Shown here: positions 8,384 through 19,954 of the stretch, piece by piece
Layout: each line of letters starts with the position of its first letter
How positions within the stretch are numbered: position 1 is the first letter of the stretch
IMG/VR virus record: IMGVR_UViG_3300017913_001833
Span: 1-64,000 of that record
DNA length: 64,000 bases
Reading direction: 5' to 3' (one strand)
Source of the DNA: a virus
Lineage: Duplodnaviria > Caudoviricetes
The notes under the pieces: generated by a model
The model's input: the letters and a program-made list of their open reading frames with translations, nothing else
Databases searched by the model: none
Told to the model about the DNA's origin: nothing
Position numbers and translations under genes: made by a program

Positions 8384-11300
8384 ATGGCAAAACAAAACGT
8401 TAATATCGGTACCGAGGGCAATGACGCAACCGGTGATAGTATACGCGAATCCTTCCGTAAAGTTAATGAAAACTTCACAGAACTATACGCAGTATTTGGT
8501 GTTGGTGGACAAATCAACTTCACAACACTAAGTGATACACCAGATTCATTAGAAGCAAATAAAATTATAATGACAAATACTACTGGAGCATCAGTAGTAC
8601 AAAACACACTTGCAAGTAACAGTGCATTAGATGATGATGCTACAGATACTATTACTTTTGATTATAGTGTAGCAGGCAAGCTAGTAATATCAACAGCGTT
8701 TACAAAAGTTTCCGATGACCTTTCTCCAACACTAGGCGGAGGCTTAAATGCAGCAGGTAATGCTATTGCTGGTGTAACAGTCAGTGCGCAGGCCGCAGAA
8801 GATTTGAATAACGATCACGATGGTGATACCAGTTACACAATAGACGATCTTGTAATTACTAGAGGTTATGCTGATAGAAGATATATCGGCTCAGGACTTC
8901 CAATTCGTGTTGCAGGTGAACCAGCAAACAGAGATGGCTTCAAATTAACAATAGAAAGTTACACAGGTGGTGATCTACAGTTTGCAAGTAACCATGGTTT
9001 TGATAGTGGTATCAATGGAACTGCATATATTTTTGAAGCAGAAGATACAGATCCTACAAACCTTGTAAGTGGCACAACATATTTTATTAGATTCAAAGCT
9101 GACAATAAACTATCCTTATTTGCTAACAGAGATGATGCTCAACTAGAAAGTGATACAGATGCAGAGAATGCTAAAATTAATGTAAGTGGTACTATTGCTT
9201 CAGACGATGAACACACAATTACTGACAAAGGCTTTGACGAAAACTTAACAGGCAACTTTTTATCAGATGTTGCAATGCCAAGAGATTCTGTAACAAGACG
9301 CCAAGGTGATACAATGACAGGTGCTTTGTACCTACATGATCATCCAGGAGACTTAGCAGGAGATGGTGCACCTAATGGTGATGAAGATCTACAAGCCGCA
9401 ACCAAATATTATGTAGATAACACATCTTATAGTTCACCGGAAGTGCTACACGTTAGTACAAAAGGTGATGATAGCATGGCAGGTGTCCCTTCAGGAAAAG
9501 AAGGTTCATCATTTACATACGCATTCAAATCAATAAATGCAGCAGCAAGACGTGCTGAAGATATGGTTAGAACTGCTCGTCCAGAACCTGGACCATACAT
9601 GCAGACTATGACATATGATGAAACTGTAGAAGCAGATGTAACACAAGCAGATGTTGAAAATCCTGTATTTGAACAAGCTAGATATCTTTTAGATCAAAAC
9701 AGAACATTCTTTATTAAGGAAATTACAGGATTCCTTGCTTACACATATCCAGATTTTGTGTATGATGTTGCGCTTTGTGAAAGAGATTTAGGACTTATTT
9801 TAGACAGTATTAGTTTAGATGTCAACAGAGGTTCGACTGCAAACTATCTAACCAAATTGGCTGCACAGAATTATTATTCAAGTATTAGTGGACGTATTGC
9901 TATTACAACACAGTTGACTGAAACTGTAGCAAGTATAGAAAAAGCAAGAGATATTGCTGCAGCTGTATTACTCAACGAAAACTTCCAAGCAAAACGTATT
10001 AGTGCTATTACTAAGAAAGCAGGAGATACTCCGGCACTTGTTACAACAACTACAAACCACGGATTGTTAGACAAGCAAATTGTTGTGTTTGATAAAATCC
10101 AAGGTATGACTGAGATTGAAAACAAAAAAGTATATGTCAAAGTTATTACAGATCAAACATTTGAAATATTTACAGATAGTGCATTAGAAACGCCTTTTGA
10201 TAACAGCACATTTACAACATTTAGTCCTGGATCATTATCTGATCTAACTATTAACATCGCAGGCTTACGTTGGCAGACAGAAGAAGATCAGTTCTTTGCT
10301 CCGCAAAGTGAAGATAGTGCGGCAGGTGGAGATGCAGATGCAACTGCACGTTCAAGTATTGCTACATTGTTTAACTTAGTAACAAACATAATTCAAAACG
10401 GTATCGACGCAGGTGCAGATGTTGCATTTGGTAGTAGATATGAACTTGTTGTCAACAATGGTGCAAACACATCATTAGATCAAAGTGACCCAGACAACAC
10501 TGATACACTACCAGGAAAAATTATAAGAGGTAAGCGTTCAGGCGCACTAATGCAAATTACAGAATTTGTAAATGCAAGTGGAAGCACTACATTCTTTGGT
10601 AACTTAGTATTTCCTAAAGATTTTGAAGTTGGTGAACCTCTTGAATACGGTAACTTTGTAAAACGCAAACAGATTACAATACGTGTTGAGTCAGGACAAT
10701 ACGAAGAAGACTATCCAATAAGACTTTCTAACAATGTGTCACTTAAAGGTGATGAATTCAGACGTGTAATTATACGTCCAAAAGATCGTATATCACAATC
10801 TAAGTATGCTGAAACATATTTCTTTAGAGATGCTAGTTTTGATGGATTGACACTTGCAACAACAGGTACTCCTTTCTATAACCAGTCAGGTAATTTACAA
10901 GGATACTTTGGATATCATTACTTGAAAAATCCTGCGTTCCCTATTAACATTGATAACTTAGGCGCGATTAGCAGAACCAATGCAGGTAAATTTACAACTG
11001 CCGCTAAAATCCTTACAGACAACAAAGATTTCATTGTTGAAGAAGTGATAGAATTTATTGATGCAACTTATCCTAGTCTAGTTTATGGCAGAACAAAATG
11101 TCGTAGAGATACAGGACTTATTGTTGATGCACTTATCAAAGATTTGAAAGCAGGTGGCGTAGAAAATGTATTAGAAGCACAAGGTGAATACTTTGATCCA
11201 TATGATGCACTAGGCGATGACAGTTCACAGATTGCACCAACAGAAGCTGGAATAGGTTACATCAGCACATTGTTTAGCGATCTTGGAGCAGGTAATGCTC

Positions 11301-14300
11301 CAAGCACAATAAGAAACACAACTGAACCTGTTAATATATCAAATGGTGCAGGCGAAGCAGGCACAATAAGCATTGTTGGCAACATGATTGATCTTATACA
11401 GTTTGCATTTGATGTTGACTTCAATCCACCAGAGCGCAACGAAGAAATGGACGTATTCTTAATGAGTGATGCCACTATCGTGCGTAATGTAACTGTGCAG
11501 GGACATGGTGGATTTATGTGTGTACTTGATCCAGAAGGACAGGTCCTAACTAAATCACCTTACATTCAAACAGCATCTAGTTTCTCAAGAAGTAAAGATG
11601 AGAAAACATTCTCAGGTGGTATGTATGTTGATGCTTATGTAGGTAACCTACCAACACGTATTATAAACAAAGTAACAAACTTTAAATTAGATGTACGTAG
11701 TGATGACATTAATGGACAAAAGCAAGGATTAAAACTAAGATTACCGGATCTTCCTGCTCCATTTTATGTAGATGGTAGACGCTTCCAAATTAATGCTGTG
11801 TCAGATTATGACAGTGCATTAGGTACAGCAACTATCTATCTTGATCCTACAAGTAACCAAGGTGTTGGTTATGACGAATCTCAGTTTGATACTAACCCTG
11901 GAGTTGCAGAAAGAGACATCTTTATACAATCAGGTGGTAATAGATCAATGCTTGCCAATGACTTTACACAGATTAACGATCTAGGTTACGGACTTGTTGT
12001 TAATAATGCTGCGTTCTCAGAGCAAGTGTCAACATTTACATATTATTGTCATACAGCGATGTATGCAAACAATGGTTCTGAAATTAGAGCTCTAAACTGT
12101 TCAAACGGATACGGTAACTTTGGTCTTGTTGCTGAAGGTGCTGACCCTAACGAAATCCCAGATAGAATTACACTTAAAGATAATATGATACAACCTGCAA
12201 AGGTTTACACTGATGGTGCTTTCCAAAACGCACTAGACGATACGTTCATTTACCTTTATGATTTAAAACGTCCACCAACAGCAAGCAGTTTGATTACATT
12301 AAAACACGCTACTGAAGGTGTTCTAAACTACAAGATATCATCAGTCACAAACATGAGTGATCAAGATAACGACGGTGACTTGGGTGAAGTATCAACTGGT
12401 GATAGACGTGTATCAGGTATTGTTGCAGCTGATAACATAAGTGGAGCAAACGCTTCGAGAACAGCTGGTACATACACTGGTGTTTCGGCAACTGGTGGTA
12501 CTGGTACAGGTGCTAAATTTAACGTAACTGTAGACGGCAGTGGTAGCTGTGTAATTACTGTGCATACAACAGGTGTTGATTATGTAGACGGTGAAACACT
12601 AACTATCGCAGACGCTGATCTAGGTGGCGGTGGTGCTCCTAATGTTACATTTGATATTGATGGAGTATATCCAGGTACATATACATACAGCAGTGAAATT
12701 TATAAACTAGACTTAGTTGCAGATGATGTTAGTAAAACTGACTTCTATGGGTCAATACAAGAAACTATACCTTTAAACACATATGTTGAATACAGAGATG
12801 ATTTCAATCATGTGTTAGATCTAGTTAACGATCCAAGTGCTCTTGTTACTCGTCCAAGCACTGCGATTAACTTTGACGAAAGTGACTATGCAACATACAG
12901 AAGTGTGGCATTCAGTAACAAAGATGCGTTCGCAGACGATCTAGCATCAGACGAAATAATGTCAACCTTTGAAACTGGTTTTGATTTTGTACAGATTGAT
13001 GTTGATACAACTAACAGTTCAACCGCAGATCCAGATGATCCTGCCAAAACACTAGGTGCTACACAAGGCGATACAAAAATTGCTATTGTAGAGATGACAG
13101 AAGCGCGGGACATAACTAGACTTACACGTAGTATCACAGGGAAACAACCAGGCGATGCTGGATATGAAGGTGGAATGATTTTTGCACATGATGGTAAACT
13201 TCATCAAATTACAGCAGTAGAAAATGACAGCACTCTAAGTTATATACAATTCAGTGATGTAAGTTCTACAAATGTTCATTTATCTTACAGTGGAACAGGA
13301 ATAAGCACACCACTGAATTATACTAAACAAATACAGTGTGGACTTCCTTCAAACTCTAAAGGTGAAATCACTATTGCTATTTCGCTACTAAGAGCTACAG
13401 GACATGATTTTACACAAATTGGTACAGGATCGTTCAATGATACTAACTATCCAAATGTTATTTTAGGTGATCCAGAAAACAGTCTTGCAAGTTTCTATAC
13501 AGATGCAAGTACAGCAACAAGCTCACAAGTTTGGGAACGTAAAAAAGGTAGGGTATTCTTTGTAAGTACTGACCAAGATGGTTTCTTCCGTGTTGGTAAA
13601 TTCTTTAGCGTTGACCAAGCAACTGGTGATATTACATTCGCAGGTGAAATTGGTCTTTCAAATGCAAACAGTTTAGGATTTAAACGTGGTGTTACAATTA
13701 ACGAATTTAGTGCTGACGATTCATTTGCGGATGAATCAGGACAAGCTGTACCTACAGAAAAAGCCACTGCTAATTACATCAGCAGACGTTTAGGATATAG
13801 CACAGGCGGATCACAGATTGATAGTTCGGGTAATAGAATTGGCCCAGGTGTTATGATGTTGAACGGTGCAAGTGCTATGGAAGGCGACATGGACTTGGGA
13901 GACAACAAGATAGAAAATCTTGCACTACCAGGAACAGATGGCACAGCAGCAACCAATAAAAATTATGTTGATGATAACACAGCGGGTTTTGCACAAATAT
14001 CACAACTGCGAGACTTTGAAGTTAACAGTCCAGATGAAGCTGATATACTAATTTACACTGGTAATAAGATAATGTACACAGAGCCAGAAAGTGGTGGCAC
14101 CATTGCAAATGGTGATACTATCACAGGAAGTGCTACGGGTGCAACAGGTACTGTGATAGATATTACAAGTATTACAGATGAAATACTAGGTAGCCAACGT
14201 AAGATTGTATTTGAACCTCTTACAAGTGCATTCAACACAGGCACTGATACAATTACAAATGGAACTGCAACTGCTACATTTAATACTAAGGCACCAGCTA

Positions 14301-15871
14301 TACTAGATGAGATTGCAAACGCAACTGAAGCAAGTGCAAGTGACATTAATCTAAGTGTAACAAGAACAGCTTCAGGCGCAGAATTTGATTTACAAATTGA
14401 AGCAGGTGCTATTGTTAATGCTGACGTAGATGCGGCGGCTGAGATTGCACAAAGCAAATTGAATCTAAATGCCGCTACAACTAGAGCAGATGCAACTGGT
14501 ATAGCACAATCAGATCTAGGTGTTGCAGCTTTTGACGCTGATGACTTTAGTGTAACAGACGGTTGGGTAACATTAAAAGCAAATGAGGTAGACTTTAGTG
14601 ACTTACCACAACTAAACCAATATCAAGCAATAGGTAGAACCAATGCTGGTACTGGTGATTCAGCGGCAATATCCTTTGCTGATATTATTACAAACGGCGG
14701 TGGTATTGGTGATGCTGATATTGCTACTGAACTAGGCTATTGGAGTAATCCTCCTACAAACACTATAAGGAATGATCCAGGTGCAGTTCTAGTTGCAACA
14801 GGTACACCGGGTACAGACGGCACGTATGTTCACAGTGATATTAGTTACACAAGCACAGGCAACACTATTGCAAAACGTAATATAGATGGCAACATAATGG
14901 CCAACGCATTGATACTTGGCGGTACTGAAACTAACATTGTAATGGATGTGTCAGGTACAAATGTAAGGATGAAAACACCAGATGGTGAAATAATCTTACA
15001 AGCAAGTGGATCAGGTGCAAACCAAACTATTATTGCTAAAATGCCTACAAGTATTGATAATGGTACTACAGGTATTACAACAGAATCAGATCTACAAAAT
15101 GGTGCAACTAACTTAAATGATAGACCGTTCTTAGCAACAGAATACATTTATGCTAACATGATTGAATCTCATGGTACTATTACAACTGGTAAACCAGGAG
15201 GTGGCGCGGCTATTGGATTAGGTGCAGACCCAGGATTTACAAACAGTGGATCAAATGTTATAACTTTTGCTACTGGCGGATCAGAACGTGCATATGTTAA
15301 TGACACAAACTTTGTTATTAGTGGAACGCTCAAAGCAAACGGCAATGTAGACTTAGGAGATGCAAATACAGATACAGTAACATTTACTGCAAAAGTAGAT
15401 AGCCATATTATTCCAAGCGGTACTACAAGAGACCTTGGTACAAGTAGTGCAAGTTGGAGAGTGATATATGGTGAATCTACAAGTGCAAGATATGCTGACT
15501 TGGCAGAGAACTATGCAGGTGATGCTGCTTACGAAGCAGGTACTGTTGTTGTGTTTGGTGGAGACGCTGAAGTTACAACCACAGATACAAAAGGTGATAC
15601 TAGAGTAGCAGGTGTTGTATCAACAAGTCCAGCACACTTAATGAACAGCACACTTGAAGCAGAACATGTTGTCGCTGTTGCTCTTACAGGTCGTGTTCCA
15701 ACTAAGGTACTTGGAAAAGTGCGGAAAGGTGACATACTTGTAACCAGTGCTATTCCAGGTTATGCAATAGTTAATCCAAATGCAGGAGCAGGAACAATAA
15801 TTGGTAAAGCACTAGAAGACAAGGACACTGATGATAAAGGTGTAATTGAAGTAGTGGTAGGGAGAGTATAA
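8384..15871 (+). CDS. Giant tail fibre/spike protein with gp9/gp10-like N-terminus and C-terminal intramolecular-chaperone (peptidase G2-like) domain
   Basis: MAKQNVNIG..NDATGDSIRESFRKVNENFTELY start; AATKYYVD/ATNKNYVD motifs; beta-helix-like central part; C-terminal YADLAENY...GRVP..KGD...IIGKALE. Confidence 0.8.
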   Translation: MAKQNVNIGTEGNDATGDSIRESFRKVNENFTELYAVFGVGGQINFTTLSDTPDSLEANKIIMTNTTGASVVQNTLASNSALDDDATDTITFDYSVAGKLVISTAFTKVSDDLSPTLGGGLNAAGNAIAGVTVSAQAAEDLNNDHDGDTSYTIDDLVITRGYADRRYIGSGLPIRVAGEPANRDGFKLTIESYTGGDLQFASNHGFDSGINGTAYIFEAEDTDPTNLVSGTTYFIRFKADNKLSLFANRDDAQLESDTDAENAKINVSGTIASDDEHTITDKGFDENLTGNFLSDVAMPRDSVTRRQGDTMTGALYLHDHPGDLAGDGAPNGDEDLQAATKYYVDNTSYSSPEVLHVSTKGDDSMAGVPSGKEGSSFTYAFKSINAAARRAEDMVRTARPEPGPYMQTMTYDETVEADVTQADVENPVFEQARYLLDQNRTFFIKEITGFLAYTYPDFVYDVALCERDLGLILDSISLDVNRGSTANYLTKLAAQNYYSSISGRIAITTQLTETVASIEKARDIAAAVLLNENFQAKRISAITKKAGDTPALVTTTTNHGLLDKQIVVFDKIQGMTEIENKKVYVKVITDQTFEIFTDSALETPFDNSTFTTFSPGSLSDLTINIAGLRWQTEEDQFFAPQSEDSAAGGDADATARSSIATLFNLVTNIIQNGIDAGADVAFGSRYELVVNNGANTSLDQSDPDNTDTLPGKIIRGKRSGALMQITEFVNASGSTTFFGNLVFPKDFEVGEPLEYGNFVKRKQITIRVESGQYEEDYPIRLSNNVSLKGDEFRRVIIRPKDRISQSKYAETYFFRDASFDGLTLATTGTPFYNQSGNLQGYFGYHYLKNPAFPINIDNLGAISRTNAGKFTTAAKILTDNKDFIVEEVIEFIDATYPSLVYGRTKCRRDTGLIVDALIKDLKAGGVENVLEAQGEYFDPYDALGDDSSQIAPTEAGIGYISTLFSDLGAGNAPSTIRNTTEPVNISNGAGEAGTISIVGNMIDLIQFAFDVDFNPPERNEEMDVFLMSDATIVRNVTVQGHGGFMCVLDPEGQVLTKSPYIQTASSFSRSKDEKTFSGGMYVDAYVGNLPTRIINKVTNFKLDVRSDDINGQKQGLKLRLPDLPAPFYVDGRRFQINAVSDYDSALGTATIYLDPTSNQGVGYDESQFDTNPGVAERDIFIQSGGNRSMLANDFTQINDLGYGLVVNNAAFSEQVSTFTYYCHTAMYANNGSEIRALNCSNGYGNFGLVAEGADPNEIPDRITLKDNMIQPAKVYTDGAFQNALDDTFIYLYDLKRPPTASSLITLKHATEGVLNYKISSVTNMSDQDNDGDLGEVSTGDRRVSGIVAADNISGANASRTAGTYTGVSATGGTGTGAKFNVTVDGSGSCVITVHTTGVDYVDGETLTIADADLGGGGAPNVTFDIDGVYPGTYTYSSEIYKLDLVADDVSKTDFYGSIQETIPLNTYVEYRDDFNHVLDLVNDPSALVTRPSTAINFDESDYATYRSVAFSNKDAFADDLASDEIMSTFETGFDFVQIDVDTTNSSTADPDDPAKTLGATQGDTKIAIVEMTEARDITRLTRSITGKQPGDAGYEGGMIFAHDGKLHQITAVENDSTLSYIQFSDVSSTNVHLSYSGTGISTPLNYTKQIQCGLPSNSKGEITIAISLLRATGHDFTQIGTGSFNDTNYPNVILGDPENSLASFYTDASTATSSQVWERKKGRVFFVSTDQDGFFRVGKFFSVDQATGDITFAGEIGLSNANSLGFKRGVTINEFSADDSFADESGQAVPTEKATANYISRRLGYSTGGSQIDSSGNRIGPGVMMLNGASAMEGDMDLGDNKIENLALPGTDGTAATNKNYVDDNTAGFAQISQLRDFEVNSPDEADILIYTGNKIMYTEPESGGTIANGDTITGSATGATGTVIDITSITDEILGSQRKIVFEPLTSAFNTGTDTITNGTATATFNTKAPAILDEIANATEASASDINLSVTRTASGAEFDLQIEAGAIVNADVDAAAEIAQSKLNLNAATTRADATGIAQSDLGVAAFDADDFSVTDGWVTLKANEVDFSDLPQLNQYQAIGRTNAGTGDSAAISFADIITNGGGIGDADIATELGYWSNPPTNTIRNDPGAVLVATGTPGTDGTYVHSDISYTSTGNTIAKRNIDGNIMANALILGGTETNIVMDVSGTNVRMKTPDGEIILQASGSGANQTIIAKMPTSIDNGTTGITTESDLQNGATNLNDRPFLATEYIYANMIESHGTITTGKPGGGAAIGLGADPGFTNSGSNVITFATGGSERAYVNDTNFVISGTLKANGNVDLGDANTDTVTFTAKVDSHIIPSGTTRDLGTSSASWRVIYGESTSARYADLAENYAGDAAYEAGTVVVFGGDAEVTTTDTKGDTRVAGVVSTSPAHLMNSTLEAEHVVAVALTGRVPTKVLGKVRKGDILVTSAIPGYAIVNPNAGAGTIIGKALEDKDTDDKGVIEVVVGRV

Positions 15872-17739
15872 TGGCTAAGCAAACTATAAACTTAGGAACA
15901 AGTCTTAACGCTGGCGATGGCGATCCTTTACGCACAGCCTTTGATAAGATCAATGACAACTTTGATGAACTTTATGCTAGAGACTTAGGAACAGATCCTG
16001 AAAACATTGGCACTAACCTTGCTCCTAGTGTAAATGGAGCAAGTGACTTGGGTACAACGCCACAAAGATGGGGTACAGTATTTGTAAGAGATTTTATAGA
16101 CATAGGTAATGGAAGTACAATTACTGTTAATGCAGATGGTGAGTTTGTATTTAATAAACCAATTATATCAACTGTGGCTGTGAAAAATGATATAGTAGGA
16201 AGTATCTTTGCAGATGATAGTTCAATAGCTTTCAATGCTCAGACTAACACATTCTTTGGAAAGTTTGACGGTGATGTAACAGGCAGTGTATATGCAGATA
16301 ATAGCACAATACTAGTAGATGGTGTTAACGGAACTATATCGGCTGCAAATCTAACAGGTGCTTTACCAGCAATAGATGGTAGTGCATTAACTGGTATAAC
16401 TGCCAGCAGTGTTGCATTTTCAAACATTACAAGTACTCCAACTACACTAGCAGGATACGGCATTGCAGATGCATACACACAAACACAAGTTGACACTGCA
16501 ATTACAAATGCTACATCAAGTATTGTAATACAAAGTGGTTCAACACAATCTATAGACATTGTAGCCGCAGACTCAACCGTATTAGTTGATAGTGTGAATG
16601 GCACTCTAAACGCCGCAACACTCACAGGGGCTTTACCAGCTATAGACGGTAGTGCTTTAACAAGTGTGACAACAGCATTTTCAAACATTACAAGTACTCC
16701 AACTACACTATCAGGTTATGGCATAACAGATGCTTACACACAAACACAAGTTGATACTGCTATTACAAATGCAACTTCTAGTATTGTTATCCCAAGCGGT
16801 TCATCGCAGTCAATAGATGTTGTTGCCGCTGACTCTACACTATTAGTAGACAGTTCAAATGGCACACTAAACTCATCAGCACTTACCAAACCTATTGAAC
16901 TTGACGATAATGAGGAAGTTAGGTTTGGCACTGATAATGATATGAGAATATATCACAGTGGCACAACAGGTAACATCGATAACAACACAGGCACTTTAAT
17001 CTTAGACGGTGCCACAGTTAGAATACAAGATGGCGCATTGGCAAATACTGCTATATCAGCCGCAAACGGTATTGCTACACTTTTATTTGAGAACTCAGCA
17101 AAATTGGAAACAACCACAGATGGTATTAGTGTAACAGATCATATAGCATTAGCAGACACTGGTGAAATGAGATTTGGCACTGACAATGATATGCGGATTT
17201 TGCACAGTGGCACAAGCGGCTTAATCCAAAACACCACAGGCACTCTAGTCATAGCAGGTCCTATTGTTAGAATACAAGATGCTGGAACGTCACAGTCAGC
17301 CTTTACTGCCTCCAACGGTATTGCTACACTTTATCACTTAAACTCAGCAGTTTTAAACACAACAGCAGGTGGCATACAACTAGAAAAAGGTGTTGAAGAA
17401 AAGTTTGCCACACTAACAGGATCAACAGGAGTTGTAGCACACGATTGTGCAAACGGACATGTATTTTATCACACAGGCGCTACAGCTGACATAACAGCAA
17501 ACTTCACAAACTTAAATTTAACAGCAGAATACGCAACAAACCTAACAGTTATTATTAATCAGGGTGCTACACCTTATGAAGTTACCGCTGTCCAAATAGG
17601 AGGAGCGGCACAGACCATAGAATGGCAAGGTGGCTCGGCTCCTATAGGAAACGCAAACGGAATTGATTCATTCTCATTTACGATATTAAATGATGGTGGC
17701 ACTTACGTTGTGCTTGGACAGATGGTGGACTTCACATAA
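15871..17739 (+). CDS. Tail fibre protein with gp9/gp10-like N-terminus and internal repeats
   Basis: MAKQTINLG..GDGDPLRTAFDKINDNFDELY; PTTLxGYGIxDA fibre motif. Confidence 0.8.
   Translation: MAKQTINLGTSLNAGDGDPLRTAFDKINDNFDELYARDLGTDPENIGTNLAPSVNGASDLGTTPQRWGTVFVRDFIDIGNGSTITVNADGEFVFNKPIISTVAVKNDIVGSIFADDSSIAFNAQTNTFFGKFDGDVTGSVYADNSTILVDGVNGTISAANLTGALPAIDGSALTGITASSVAFSNITSTPTTLAGYGIADAYTQTQVDTAITNATSSIVIQSGSTQSIDIVAADSTVLVDSVNGTLNAATLTGALPAIDGSALTSVTTAFSNITSTPTTLSGYGITDAYTQTQVDTAITNATSSIVIPSGSSQSIDVVAADSTLLVDSSNGTLNSSALTKPIELDDNEEVRFGTDNDMRIYHSGTTGNIDNNTGTLILDGATVRIQDGALANTAISAANGIATLLFENSAKLETTTDGISVTDHIALADTGEMRFGTDNDMRILHSGTSGLIQNTTGTLVIAGPIVRIQDAGTSQSAFTASNGIATLYHLNSAVLNTTAGGIQLEKGVEEKFATLTGSTGVVAHDCANGHVFYHTGATADITANFTNLNLTAEYATNLTVIINQGATPYEVTAVQIGGAAQTIEWQGGSAPIGNANGIDSFSFTILNDGGTYVVLGQMVDFT
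16290..16885 (+). repeat. Intragenic tandem duplication, ~270-nt period (about 2.2 copies)
   Basis: LTGALPAIDGSALT..FSNITSTPTTLxGYGIxDAYTQTQVDTAITNATSSIV repeated from 16351 and 16621. Confidence 0.9.
16905..17375 (+). repeat. Second intragenic duplication, ~249-nt period
   Basis: RFGTDNDMRIxHSGT..TGTL..VRIQD..NGIATL at 16921 and 17170. Confidence 0.85.
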
Positions 17740-18590
17740 TGCCGATATTATCAACAGCGACAGGTAGTTTTTTCGCAGGACGTAGAGCAAATGCTTTTGG
17801 TAGCACTCCTTGGTCACCTTCAACAGATATATCTCCTGCTATTTGGCTAGATGCATCAGACAGTGGCTATTACGTGACCAATGTACCAGGTGGAAACATT
17901 ATTACAGGAGTTGCAGACAAAGCAGTCAATGCCGTTGTAACAGTGACTGGCCTACCCGATATATCAAACACACTGGACGGCAAAACTGTTTTTACATTTA
18001 CGTCAGGGGAAGATTTGACTACCAACGAAGTTGCACAAGCCAGCAGTGGTAATCACTGGGCTATTGGAGTATTTCAATGGAGTCAGATCAACGACACACA
18101 GGATAGTTTCTGGAGTACAGAAACTACAGGTAGTCCAAAAAGAGACTATGCTATTAGTGCTAGTAACGCAAGTGCATTTGATGGTGAGTTGGACCTGGAC
18201 GCTTTGACTAACAACAGGATCTCATCTACCATAGGAAACAAACAAGACTTTGATTCAGGTATTGCTCAAAACACTTGGGCGATAATAGGTGTTATATTCA
18301 ACAAGACAGGCAACCAGATTGCTCTTAGAGTAGATGGTGATAATGCATTTACACCTGTGAATGACTACGACAATAGTCTACAAACAAATATGGATTTAAG
18401 AATATTTAGAAACCGAAACAACGAACGAATGCAAGGTCGAATGGCAGAGTTTTTTACTGTTGCAGATGTTCCAGGTACAGGCGGCACAGATATAACAGAT
18501 TTTGAAAAAGCAGAAGGATATCTTGCTCACAAGTGGGCACTAACAGGCATTTTACCTGCCGGTCATCCGTACAAGAGTTCAGCACCATAA
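17739..18590 (+). CDS. LamG/concanavalin-like tail-associated protein
   Basis: WLDASD N-terminal motif and EGYLAHKW..LP.GHPY C-terminal motif. Confidence 0.65.
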   Translation: MPILSTATGSFFAGRRANAFGSTPWSPSTDISPAIWLDASDSGYYVTNVPGGNIITGVADKAVNAVVTVTGLPDISNTLDGKTVFTFTSGEDLTTNEVAQASSGNHWAIGVFQWSQINDTQDSFWSTETTGSPKRDYAISASNASAFDGELDLDALTNNRISSTIGNKQDFDSGIAQNTWAIIGVIFNKTGNQIALRVDGDNAFTPVNDYDNSLQTNMDLRIFRNRNNERMQGRMAEFFTVADVPGTGGTDITDFEKAEGYLAHKWALTGILPAGHPYKSSAP

Positions 18591-18619
18591 CGGATAAATA
18601 TTACAAATAGGATACGAGA

Positions 18620-19945
18620 ATGGCAAATAGATTTCCACTAATACTAGACACAACAGACAGTAACAAACTAAAAGAATTACCTAACGGTGATAACTTAGAT
18701 TTAACTGGCAGTGGCATAAGTGCAGTAGGTGATATTCAAAGCACAGGCACCACAACTGCAAAAGCAGTTAAACTAAGTGGATACACCACCGCCGAAAGAG
18801 ATGCATTAGGTGCTGTAGAAGGACAAATGATTTATAATAGTTCTACAGATACCTTCCAAGGCTATATGGGAAGTTCATGGCAATCATTCAGTAGCGGATT
18901 TGCAACAAGCGATCTAAGTGTAGTTACGTCAACACCAACTGGTGGAGGAGCTCTTAGTTACAATAGTACTTCTGGTACTTTTACATTTTCACCAGCAGCA
19001 ACAGCGGCACAGAATTTGTCATTAAGCCAAGACGATTTATCTATAAGTGGTGGTAACACAATTAGCCTTGCTAGTCTGCCTATTGCATATACAAACATCA
19101 CAGGCAAACCTACAACACTTTCAGGTTATGGAATAACAAATGGTCAAGAAACTTTAATAAGTGGCACTAATATCAAAACTATAAACGGCTTTAGTATATT
19201 AGGAAATGGTAATATACAAATACAAGGTGGTGGCGGCAGTGGCTCTGGCGCACCAATGAATTTTTCAGTAGGTGCTGATGATAGTACACTACGTCAAATT
19301 AACACAGGTGAAAGCATAAGATTTATAGGTGGTGATCATATAACCACTGCAAGTGACACAGAAGGAAATATTACGGTCAACTTCTCAAATTCAGGTGATG
19401 TAGACTTTGGTTCGAACAAGATTACATATTCAAACATGTATAGCACAGAAGGTGATTTGCCAAGTGCTTCAACTTATCACGGTATGTTTGCACATGTTCA
19501 CGGTACAGGTAAAGCATATTATGCACACGCAGGAGCATGGGTTAGACTTGGTAATTACGATGAAATTACAAACGCGGGAACAGGTAATGTAACATTTTCT
19601 GGTACAACTATAGATTCAGATGATAGTTCAGGTATTGAATTTACACCAGCTATAACAATGGCTAGTGACCTAACTGTTGAAAATGATATAACAGTAAACA
19701 ATGATATAAATGTTAAGGGATCCCTTAACACAGTGGGATCAGGAACACCTGAAATTTTTTCAGACAACGAAATAGAATTAAACGCAGGCACAAGAATACA
19801 AGCAACAACTGGTCCGTTCCAAATGTTAAAGGTTACAACAACACAGCGAGATGCACTTACAGCATCAAATGGTGATATTATTTACAACACAACTGATAAC
19901 AAATTTCAAGGATACGAAAACGGTGCATGGGCTAATTTGATTTAA
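18620..19945 (+). CDS. Tail fibre protein
   Basis: Two TTxxRDAL..G..IYN.T...FQGY motifs; PTTLSGYGIT; TAAATA at 18595. Confidence 0.75.
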   Translation: MANRFPLILDTTDSNKLKELPNGDNLDLTGSGISAVGDIQSTGTTTAKAVKLSGYTTAERDALGAVEGQMIYNSSTDTFQGYMGSSWQSFSSGFATSDLSVVTSTPTGGGALSYNSTSGTFTFSPAATAAQNLSLSQDDLSISGGNTISLASLPIAYTNITGKPTTLSGYGITNGQETLISGTNIKTINGFSILGNGNIQIQGGGGSGSGAPMNFSVGADDSTLRQINTGESIRFIGGDHITTASDTEGNITVNFSNSGDVDFGSNKITYSNMYSTEGDLPSASTYHGMFAHVHGTGKAYYAHAGAWVRLGNYDEITNAGTGNVTFSGTTIDSDDSSGIEFTPAITMASDLTVENDITVNNDINVKGSLNTVGSGTPEIFSDNEIELNAGTRIQATTGPFQMLKVTTTQRDALTASNGDIIYNTTDNKFQGYENGAWANLI

Positions 19946-19954
19946 GGAGAAGTT

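Noticed and set aside
16290-17375. Repeats as a CRISPR array or DGR template/variable pair
   Set aside because: In-frame protein repeats with mostly synonymous divergence; no spacers, no adenine-specific pattern noticed, no reverse transcriptase in the window
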